Below are positions 38,301 through 47,943 of a stretch of 64,000 bases of DNA, one piece after another. The stretch covers positions 248,001 to 312,000 of the forward strand of contig QPMI01000483.1 in NCBI GenBank assembly GCA_004431415.1. Reading direction: 5' to 3'. The position numbers and the translations under genes were made by a program. The stretch's first letter is position 1, and each line of letters starts with the position of its first letter. The stretch comes from Cyanophora paradoxa CCMP329 (lineage: Eukaryota > Plantae > Glaucophyta). The notes beneath the pieces are model-generated. The model saw only the letters and a program-made list of their open reading frames with translations. It did not search any database and was not told the DNA's origin.

Positions 38301-41300
38301 ACATGCAGATGGCCAAGGCCATGGCGGACATCGGCCGCAAGGAGAACGCGGAGCTCTCGGACCTGAAGAAGCGCCGCGACGCCGACCTCGCCAACGCGCA
38401 CACGGACGACGAGCGCAAGCGGATCATGGAGGCCTTCGAGCGGGACGCGGCCGGCCTGCGCACGGCGATGAGCATGGAGAAGGCGCGCCAGGAGGCCGAC
38501 CTCCAGCGGCGCCTCGCCGCCCGCCGCGGGCACCTCCACGAGGAGCTCGAGGCGAAGCACAACGCGGAGACGACCGCCAAGGAGGCGGACGCGGCGATCA
38601 AGGCGCAGGATGTCGCCGCGCGCGGCGCCCTCGAGGAGGCCAAGCTGCAGGCCGAGATCCAGCAGAAGGAGGCGCTCATGGCGCTCGAGCAGCAGCTCGA
38701 GCAGGAGCGCGCCGAGCGGGCGGCGGCGATCGAGCGGGCGGTGGCGGAGCAGCTGGCGGAGGAGAAGAAGCTGCTCGCGGCGATGATGGCGAAGGAGCTC
38801 TCGGCGAACCAGAACATGACGGAGGGCGAGCGGCAGAAGATCATGGCCCGCTACGAGGAGGAGGCCAAGAAGATGGAGGCGGCGCTCGGCTCCGAGAAGC
38901 AGCGGCAGGAGAGCGCCCTCCAGGCGCGCCTCGCCATGCGCAAGAAGAAGAAGGAGGAGCAGCTCAAGGCGGAGAAGGAGGCCGAGCTGAAGCGCAAGGC
39001 CGTCGAGGAGCAGCTCCGCCTGGAGGAGGCCCGCGCGGCCGCCGAGGCGGAGCGCGCGGCGGCGCAGATCAAGGTGCAGGAGGCGGCGGCGGTGGCGGCG
39101 ATCGAGCGCGAGGCCGAGGCGGCCGAGGCGGCGGAGATGGCCTCCATCGAGAGCGCGTTCGCGGCGAAGGAGCGGCAGGCGGAGGAGGACCTCGCCGTGC
39201 GCCGCGAGATGGAGCTCCGCGCCGCCAAGACGGACGAGGAGCGCGAGCGCATCCTCTCCCAGTACGAGACCGACCGCTCCGCGGCCCAGAAGCAGCTCGC
39301 CGTCGAGAAGCTCCGCCAGCAGCAGGAGCTGCAGGCCAAGCTCGCGGCGCGCACGGCGGCCCGCGAGAACGACGCCCGCCGCAAGCTCGAGGCGCAGCAG
39401 AAGGTCTCCGAGATCGATCGCAAGAAGAAGGAGGAGGAGGCGCGCATCCGGGCGCAGCACGAGCTGGAGCTGGCGGAGATGAAGCTCGAGCAGGAGCAGG
39501 AGAAGCGGGAGGCGGACGACGACCTCGAGAAGGAGGAGGAGCGGCGGCTCGCCGAGCTGGAGAAGCAGCGGCAGGCGGCGGCGGCGGAGAAGCGGCGGCA
39601 GATCCAGATGGAGGTCGAGCGCATGTCGAACCTCTCGGACGCGGAGCGGGCCAAGATCCTCGCCTCGTACGAGCGCGACCTGGCGGGCCTGCAGAGCTCG
39701 ATGCAGGCGGAGCAGCTGCGGCAGCAGGACGCCCTCCAGCGCCGCCTCGCGGAGCGCAAGACGAAGAAGGCGGCGGAGATGGCGCGCAAGCAGGCGGAGG
39801 AGATGGAGGCGAAGCGGGCCTCGCAGGCGGCCGAGGAGGAGGCGGCCCGCAAGAAGCTCGCCATCGAGCGCGAGGCGGCGCTCCTGGCGCTCCAGCACGA
39901 GCAGGAGCGGGCGCAGCTCAACGAGTCCATCGACAAGCAGAAGGACAGCGCCATCCAGCTCCTCGAGGAGCAGAAGAAGAAGATGATGACCGAGAAGCGC
40001 GAGGAGATGAAGCGGCAGCTCGCCTCGATGGGCACCATCACGCCGGAGCAGGCGGCGCAGATCATGCGCATGCACGAGGACGCGCTGACGGGCCTGGAGC
40101 GGACGCTGGAGCTGGAGAAGTCGAAGCAGGTTCAGAGCCTGAGCGACACGCTGGCGACGGAGAAGGCGCGCCTCGAGCAGGAGTTCGTCCGCAAGCAGGA
40201 GGCGGAGCTTCGCCAGAAGCAGCTCGAGCTCGAGAAGGCCGAGGCCGAGGAGCGCGCCCGCCTCGAGAGCGAGCGCATCAAGGCCGAGATGCTGCGCCAG
40301 CAGGAGGAGGAGCGGCAGGCCCTCGCCGCCGCCCTCGAGCGCGAGGCCGAGGCCAAGCTCGCTGAGGCCAAGGCCAAGGCGGAGGAGGAGGCGCGCGCCA
40401 AGCTGGCGGAGCAGCAGGCGAAGCTGCAGGAGGAGCTGCAGCGGCAGGACCTGACCGCGGAGGAGAAGTCGCGCATCTTCCAGGCGCACGAGGAGGAGGT
40501 GCAGAAGATGGCGGCGGCCCTCGTCTCGGAGCAGCGCCGCCAGGAGGGCGACCTCCAGGCCAAGCTCGCCGCCCGCAAGGCCAAGCGCGAGGCCGAGCTC
40601 AAGCGCAAGCAGGAGGAGGAGGCCAAGCGCATCTCCCTCGAGCAGCAGGAGCGCGAGTCGCAGCTCAGGCTGCAGGCGGAGGCGGCGACGGAGAAGGCGC
40701 GGCTGGAGGTGCAGCAGCTGGCGGAGAAGGCGCGGATGGAGCGGGAGCTGGCGGAGGCGATGCTCAAGGAGCAGCAGGAGCTCGCCCGCAAGCAGGCGGA
40801 GGAGCTCGCCCGCAAGGTCGACGACGCCGAGCGCGCCCTCGCCACCGAGGCCCGCCCCGCCCCGCCCCGCCCCGCCCCGCGCGCCCTCGCTCCGCGGCCG
40901 CCGCTGATCGCCTCGCGCGCAGAAACTCAAGACGGCCCAGCGCGCCGTGGCGGAGAAGTTCCGGAACATGCGGCAGAAGCTGGCGACGGACCAGAAGGTG
41001 AAGCACGAGGCCGAGACCGCCATCCGCGAGGAGGAGAAGCGCCGCCTCGAGGAGGAGGTCCGCCCGCCTCCGCGCCCGGGCCGGGGCCCCCGCTCACGGC
41101 GCGTGCGGCGTAGATGCGTGCGGAGATCGAGCGGCAGAAGGCCGAGGTCGAGCTCCGCCTCAAGCACGAGCTCGAGCGCCAGCGCGTCGAGCAGGAGATG
41201 GAGCGCGAGCACGAGAAGAAGGTGCGAAGCGGCCCCCGCGGGGCGCCTCGGGCGGGGGCGCCCGCCGCTGACGCCCGGCGCCGCGCAGCTGATCGAGCTC

Positions 41301-44300
41301 GAGCGGGAGCGGGCGCGGAAGCTGGAGGAGGAGAAGATGAAGATGGAGCGGGAGCTGAAGCTGAAGACGACGGACGAGGAGAAGCAGAAGATCATCCGCG
41401 ACCACGACGAGGCCGTCGCGCGCCTCATGGAGGCCATGCAGGAGGACAAGAGCCGCCAGGAGGGCGACCTCAAGCGCAAGCTCGAGGAGCGCAAGAAGAA
41501 GCGCGCCGCCCTGCAGGCCATCAAGGCCGACGAGGAGCGCAAGAAGCTGCAGGCGGAGGAGGAGACGCGCCGCGAGAAGGAGCGCATCGTCGCCTCGCTG
41601 CCCGTCCCCGCCGCCGTCCCCATCATCTCCACCCAGCGCGAGTCGCTCGCGCGCAAGGACTCGGCCTCGTCGTTCCGGCAGGCGCCAGTGCCGGCGACGC
41701 CGATGCAGCAGCGCGAGGCGGCCGGCATGGTGCCGCACGCGGCGCCCATCCCGATGCACCCCGAGCTCAAGAAGCTGCTCGAGGGCCCCGAGCTGGCGCG
41801 CCTCATCGGCCAGCTGCTCGCCAACGCCGGCGTCCTGCTCCAGGGCGCCGGCGCCTCGCCCATGTCGCACCTCGCCCCCGTCGACCCGCTCGACCTCTCG
41901 GCCGTCGGCGCCGGCTTCCGCGCGCCGAGCGTGCTGCTGACGCCGGTGCGGCGGGCGAGCCAGCTCTTCTCGGAGGAGGGGATGCCGTCGGCGCGCCTCG
42001 GCATGCCGCGCGCCGAGCTGCAGGGCCTCCACCAGAAGGAGACCTCGGAGCTGCGCGACAAGATCGCCAAGGCCGAGCAGCGCACGCTCACCGAGCTCCG
42101 CGGCCGCCTGGAGACGCACAAGCGGCAGGTCCTCGACGAGGCGGCGCGCGAGCACCGCGCCGCCGCCGCCGCCGCCGCCCGCTCCGGCTCCAAGGACGAG
42201 CAGGCGCGGCTGGCCGCCAAGCAGGCCGCCGAGATGAAGAAGGTCCAGGCGCTGCTGCAGGAGCTGCAGGAGCGCGAGGAGCGGGCCGTCGGCGAGAAGC
42301 TCAAGCGGCGCGCGGAGGCCAAGGCCAAGGAGATGAAGCGGCGGCACGAGCTGGAGCTGGAGCAGAACGCCCTCCGGGAGGAGGCGCAGCGGCTCCAGAA
42401 GGCGACCTCGGAGCAGCTGGCGACGGCGCAGGACCCGGTGCAGCGCCGCCGCATCGAGGACGACGAGGAGAAGAAGGTCATGGCGCTGCGGCGCAAGGAG
42501 GAGGACCTCGCGCAGGCGCTGCTGACGGTGGCGGTGGAGGCGGCCCCCGTGGAGGAGATGCCGGTGGGCGAGGCGCGGGCGCCGACGGCGGAGGAGATGG
42601 CGCTGCGGGCGGAGATCGAGCGGCTGCGCGAGGAGCTGGCGCGCACGCGCGAGGCGAGCTTCGCCAAGGTCGAGGACGACGTGCGGCGCGAGGAGGCCGA
42701 CGAGTCGCGCCTCATCGACGAGGCCCAGAAGGCCAAGAAGAACGCCCGCGAGACCGAGATCAAGTCCCGCATGGAGAGCGACCTCCAGGTCCGCCCCCGC
42801 CCCCTCCTCCCGCGCCCCGCGCCCCGCGCTGACGCGTCCCCGCGCGCGGCAGGCGAACCGGAACGAGAAGGAGAAGCAGAAGATCATGGACATGTACAAG
42901 CAGGAGCTGGAGGCGTCGGCGCGCACGCAGGAGCTGGAGAAGGCGCGGCAGCTCGAGGCCCTGCACCAGAAGCTCGAGGCGAAGAAGATGCGGCGCGTCG
43001 CCGAGCAGCAGAAGTCCGAGTCGGAGCGCGTGCAGCGCGCGATCAGCGCCAAGGAGCGCGAGCGGGAGCAGCTCGAGGTGAAGCGCGCCAAGGAGGCCGA
43101 GGCGCGCGCCATCAACGAGACGATCGCGTCCGCCAAGGACGAGACGGCGGCGGCGGAGGCGGTCGAGGGCATCCTCTACCGGCGCCACCAGTCGGAGAGT
43201 CAGGAGATGGCGGCGCGGCACGTGGCGGAGGTGGCCCGCGGCCTGCGCGAGGCGCTGGCGGCGCTGGAGGCGCAGCACGCGGAGGAGGCGGCGGCGCTGG
43301 TGGCGCGCCACGCGGAGGAGGTCGGGCGCGCCGACCGCGAGTCGGTGGACGCGGTGGTCGCGCGGCAGCAGCGCGAGCTGGACGAGCTGCGGCGGCGCCA
43401 CGGGGACCAGCTGCGCGTCACCGAGGAGAAGGCGGTGGCGAGCCTGCAGGCCAAGCACTCGCAGGAGGCCCTCGTCCTGCAGGAGCGCCAGCTGCGCGAG
43501 ATCGCCGACGCGTGCTTCGACGCGACGGCGCGCTCGGCGACGCAGCACCAGGCCGTGCTCCTGCGCGAGCGCGGCCTGCGCGCCCAGGCCATGGCCCGCG
43601 AGCTCGAGGAGTTCCGCGTCCGCCTCGAGAGCCAGACCATCGAGACCCAGAACGCGCGCCCGCCCCCGCCCCGCCCCGCCCCGCCCCGCCCCGCGCTGAC
43701 GGCCCGCGCAGCGGCTCAACGCGGAGAAGGAGCGGCTGCAGGAGGAGTACAAGAAGCGGCAGAAGGAGATGGAGACGGAGCTCGAGCGGGAGCGGGAGCA
43801 GCTGGAGCGGGAGCTCGACGAGCAGCGCGCCAAGCGGGCGCCGGCGGCCGGTGCGGCGGCCGGCGAGTCGGGCGAGCCGCTGGACGAGGCGGCGATGAAG
43901 GAGCGCATCCTGGAGGAGGGCCGCCGCGAGCAGCAGATGCTCGCCCAGCAGAAGGAGAGCGAGAAGGAGCGCCAGGCCCGCAAGCTCCGCGAGAAGCTCG
44001 AGGCGAAGAAGCGGGAGCAGCTGAGCAACCTCGACAACGCGATGCGGCAGTCGATGCACCGCCTGGACGAGGTGGAGAAGGACAAGCTCAAGGAGGTGGC
44101 CGAGCAGGCCAAGGCTGACGACGAGGTCAAGGCCCGCGTCGACGAGTCGGGCAAGACCGACTCCGCCAAGCTCAAGCGCATCGCCTCGGCCGTCATGCTC
44201 AAGCGGCGCGCCTCGATGAGCAGTTCCACGCTCGGCCCGCTCGTCGACGAGGCGAACGCGTCGGGCGCCCCGCCGCCGGTCTCGGCGGCGCAGTTCGCGC

Positions 44301-45300
44301 AGATGCTGGAGGCGAGCCCGCTGTACGCCAAGCTGCGGAACATCGAGGAGCTGCTGAGCAAGACGGCCCAGTTCGCGGCGGCGAGCCAGTCGGGCGAGGT
44401 CTTCCAGGACCCCGAGGACGCCAAGGTCGGCGACTTCGGCCAGCTCCAGCCCGTGCGCCCCCGGCCCCGCCCCCCGCCCCCCGCCCCCGCCCCCCGCGCG
44501 CGGCTGACCTCGCCCGCCTTTGCAGACGGACGTGAAGGAGCTGACGGCGAACGACGCGGCGTGCTACAACTTCGGCGCGTACGTCGCCGACGTGCTGGGC
44601 CGCAAGGAGGGCGCCCCCGCCGTCTCCCTCCTCCTCGCCAAGCGCCTCCCGACCAACAACTACCCGCGCAACGGTGCGCCGCGCCGCCTCCCCCCCGGCC
44701 CCACCCGGACCGCCGCTGACCCCTCGCCGGCGCAGCGTTCCGGAACAGCTTCTACTGGGACGAGCAGCAGCGGACGCTCTTCCTGCGGACGGACCGCCTG
44801 AAGAGCACGGGCGACTTCCTGCTGCTGCTGGTGCACACGATGGCGCACATCCGCACGGGCCAGATGGAGGACGACACGAACCCCGCCTTCCTCGCCGAGT
44901 TCTACTCCTCCCTCAAGAGTGCGTGCCCCGCCCCCGCGCGCCCCGCGGCGGCCCCCGCGGCCCCGCTGACGCCGGCGGCGCAGCGGTCTGCAACGAGCTG
45001 TACGTGGCGCACCAGGCGTCGCGGGGCGGGCGGCGGGGCGCGCCGTTCGCGTCGGGCTCGAAGCTGCTGTCGGACGCGGAGCGGGCGACGAAGGAGATCG
45101 TCGAGTCGCACCTCGCCGAGGGCGCCGCCCTCGAGTCCACCGTCCAGTCCGAGGTCCGCCCCCGCCCCGCCCGCCCCCCCAGAGGTCGGCCGCTCACCTC
45201 GGGCGCCGCAGGAGCTCCGCCAGAAGAAGGCGCTCGAGGCCCGCCTGCAGAGCCGCGCCGTCAAGCGCGGGCAGAGCCAGGCCGGCCCCGCGCCCCAGTA
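5300..45300 (+). CDS. Giant (~12,000 aa, estimated) type-I membrane protein: signal peptide, GCC2/GCC3 (ephrin-receptor-like) Cys-rich repeats, single TM, long helical-repeat cytoplasmic tail
   Basis: ATG at 5300 (MSRAAVLAVLLLIAVVGGAAA). About 45 short introns can be removed to give a continuous frame through CPAGxYC repeats, a TM helix (32282-32350) and an E/K/R/A-rich tail to TAG at 45298-45300. One 1-nt deletion at ~19726 breaks the frame in this assembly. Juxtamembrane (PNPTICL...YPKYEKDNLLNNNPDFDFSLFRQL) and C-terminal (LPTNNYPRNAFRNSFYW) motifs resemble, from memory, poorly characterised giant 'CAST multi-domain/GCC2-GCC3' proteins of other flagellated eukaryotes. Confidence 0.85.
17100..19987 (+). 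repeat. Coding tandem repeat array 1, 804-bp (268-aa) unit
   Basis: The same sequence recurs at 18294, 19098 and 19901 (the last offset is 803 because of the 1-nt deletion). The first copy (~17100-17940) is more diverged. Confidence 0.92.
21991..24978 (+). repeat. Coding tandem repeat array 2, 804-bp (268-aa) unit, near-identical copies
   Basis: The unit recurs at 22480, 23284, 24088 and 24892 with only a few SNPs, and is near-identical to array 1. Together the arrays form a ~5-kb higher-order duplication (19901 vs 24892). Confidence 0.93.
31431..31462 (+). repeat. Intronic C24-T8 homopolymer
   Basis: 24 C followed by 8 T, inside the intron at 31420-31504. Confidence 0.9.
32282..32350 (+). 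other. Transmembrane helix of the giant protein
   Basis: VIGGLLCACFLLVALLLGAIYYF followed by the basic segment GRKGWG...KPRYRR (positive-inside rule). Confidence 0.88.
33060..42980 (+). repeat. About 21 helical protein repeats of ~137 aa in the cytoplasmic tail
   Basis: The motif (A/N)x(T/S)DEER(A/E)RIL..YE.....L...LE.EK.RQ.Q.L..KLAARKAKK recurs with exact 411-nt spacing at 35099, 35510 and 35921, and similar spacing elsewhere. It is diverged at DNA level. Confidence 0.85.
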
Positions 45301-46131
45301 GGAGCTGCGGCACCCAGGACTCTCCGAGTGATTTCTCGTGAAGGAGAACCAAACCAAGAACCGTAGATAGGAACAATACTTGCTCCCAAGATTTTTTCGG
45401 GGGCGACAATCAAACCAATCCTGACAGCCATTTGGCTCATCCTGCAGACGTTGTTATGTTCTTCGTAGTGTAGCAACTCTTGTCACACACCTGTATAGAC
45501 TCAATTTGAACCAGAGCATCATGTCTTTCCCGTCGGCCTGCGCACAGACACAACCGCGCCCGTGTGGCCGCACCTTTGAATAAATACGAGAACAGTGCTA
45601 GACTCGCGACCCACCCTCCCACATCTCTCCGAGCCTCATGATCAGGCCTAGGGCCTCCGCGGCGGCCTGCAGCTGGCCATGAGCTCGGAGCAGAAATAAA
45701 TTGTGGTGATCTGAATTGAATTTCGGATTTTCCGAGTTCGTATTGCCAGGCTAGATAGCTGTGAAGGTGGTGAATCAGGGGTACAGGTGGACTGAGCAGA
45801 CAGGGGTACAGGGCTACAGGGACTTTGTGAAATAAACTTGGATCGTTGTTTTCAGAAAACTGGCTGGTCCAAACCAAACCAGCTTCGGGATGTCGAAGCT
45901 GAAGGCATCAATGGAGCTCCTGGCAAGAGCTGAGGCGTACGCCAACTCTCGGTTCTCGGCTACGGCTCAGCAATTGGGAGTCCATGATCATGATCATGAG
46001 GCGCATGCGCAAAGGTCTGCAACATCATGATCAGTCTAGGGCTGGCTCATCATGGCATGATTATCATCATAGTACTAGCAGACCGCACCCGGCCCTGTGC
46101 AAGTGCAGCAAGTGCGGGCCGCGCGCGGAGG

Positions 46132-47757
46132 TGCAAGGGGGGGTACTTGTACACATTGCAGGGTACTTGGAAAGGGGGAGGGGTAGGGGGGGGGGGGGGG
46201 GGGGCGAGTGGGGGCAGAGAAGCAAGGCTGGCGGCCGGGCCGGGCGGGACGGGCGTTGTGGCGAGGCTGGCGGGTGGGGTGGCGAGGCGGATGGGTGGGG
46301 TGGCGACGCAGGCGAAGGCCGGGCACCAGGCGGGCGGGCAGGGGAGGGCGGCGGCGGGCGGGAAAGCGGGCGGAGCGGCAGGTGGCGCCGGGCCCCGCGC
46401 ATAGCCTGCGCATGCGCAAGGAGCGAGGCGTCAGCTCGCCCCGGACAGCGGGCGTGCGGGGGCGGGGCCTGGCCGCCGGGCCCAGCGGGGGCGGGTCAGG
46501 TGCGCAGCAGCAGCAGCGGGGCGAACCTGGAGTCGACGAAGCTGAAGCAGCCGGCAGGGCGGCGGGCTAGGAAGCGGGCGGAGCGGCGGGTGGCGCCGGG
46601 CCCCGCGCATAGCTATAGCCTGCGCATGCGCAGAATTCGAACCGAGGCGTCAGCTCGCCCCGGACAGCGGGCGTGCGGGGGCGGGGCCTGGCCGCCGGGC
46701 CCAGCGGGGGCGGGTCAGGTGCGCAGCAGCAGCAGCGGGGCGAACCTGGAGTCGACGAAGCTGAAGCAGCCGGCAGGGCGGCGGGCTAGGAAGCGGGCGG
46801 AGCGGCGGGTGGCGCCGGGCCCCGCGCATAGCTATAGCCTGCGCATGCGCAGAATTCGAACCGAGGCGTCAGCTCGCCCCGGACAGAGGGCGTGCGGGGG
46901 CGGGGCCTGGCCGCCGGGCCCAGCGGGGGCGGGTCAGGTGCGCAGCAGCAGCGGCGGAGCGAACCTGGAGTCGACGACGGCGCACGCCCGATAGCGCGCG
47001 AGCTCGCCTTCCGGATGGGATCTAGAAGATGCGCAAGACGAGTTGCTCAACGACATGGCAAGATCTGCACCCGAGCGGCCTTGTCAGAGCCGTCGGCGAG
47101 CTCGAGTGTGCATTCCCAGCTCGGGATTGCCGGGAGGCGCGCGAGCTCACCTAGGCCTTCCATCTGGCAAGAGTGTGGCATGTTTGAAGAGATCGCATTC
47201 GCGGAGCTCGGATCTGCAGCTGCGGACGGCGGGCGCGGGGCACTCGCGGGCGTCGCGGGCGCCTTCTTCCTGCACTCTCGCACTCTCGTCCGGATCCGGC
47301 CGAGTGCATTTGCCGCCCGGATGGCAGCTCTGTCGGCTAGCTTGCCGGCTTAAAGCACGGGTACTGCAACACGATATCGCCTCCATTCCCCCTGCTCGAG
47401 TCTCGATGCGCCTCCAACTCTCAGGAGCGGCGCCCGGTACAGCAGGTACTTGAGGCGGTCTAGCGCGCCGCACGCCGCTTCTTGAGCCCGGGCATGTATG
47501 ACAAAGTTTGTAGAGCGCATCGAGAGCAATCAGGAGCACGTGGTCCGGCGCATATAGCAATAGCAGGTGAGGCGCGACCTCGACATGTTTGCGCAGCCCC
47601 GCCTCTGCATTTTTTTCCGCCGCTCGCAGCGGCTACGATGCGATCACACCTATACGAGAGCGCATGCAAAGAATCGCATCTTACAAAAAATGTTAACACA
47701 GAAAGTACGCCGCACCAACTCACCAGGGGAGCAAGGGAGGGGGTACCCCCCCTTGCA
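46132..47757. mobile_element. Candidate non-autonomous element bounded by a perfect 15-bp inverted repeat
   Basis: TGCAAGGGGGGGTAC at 46132-46146 and GTACCCCCCCTTGCA at 47743-47757. It encloses a G19 run and the 219-bp tandem repeat. No TSD or transposase is seen. Confidence 0.35.
46362..46977. repeat. G-rich 219-bp tandem repeat, ~2.8 copies
   Basis: CGAGGCGTCAGCTC recurs at 46424, 46643 and 46862. The unit contains the 14-bp palindrome CTGCGCATGCGCAG. Confidence 0.92.
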
Positions 47758-47943
47758 ATGATCAGCTGCGGAGGCTTCAGGATTTGAATTTGGCTTCAAG
47801 GCTAGCCAATCATTCATGATTGAATTGCAAGTCCAACGGTCGTCCTGATTCATGATCATGATCATGAGGCTCTGACTTTGTGAGACGTCGACTGAGACCC
47901 TGAAAAAAGAGCCACTGACTTGCCGCGCGCGTCAGTTGGGTCC

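Noticed and set aside
31637-42772. 3711-aa antisense ORF
   Set aside because: Shadow of the sense exon. Extreme GC3 removes TTA/CTA/TCA codons, so the antisense frame has no stops, and the Leu/Arg-rich product has no domain signal.
45984-46994. 336-aa ORF across the 219-bp repeat
   Set aside because: It starts in the CATGAT microsatellite, crosses a G19 run, and stays open only because the unit length is a multiple of 3 and GC-rich.
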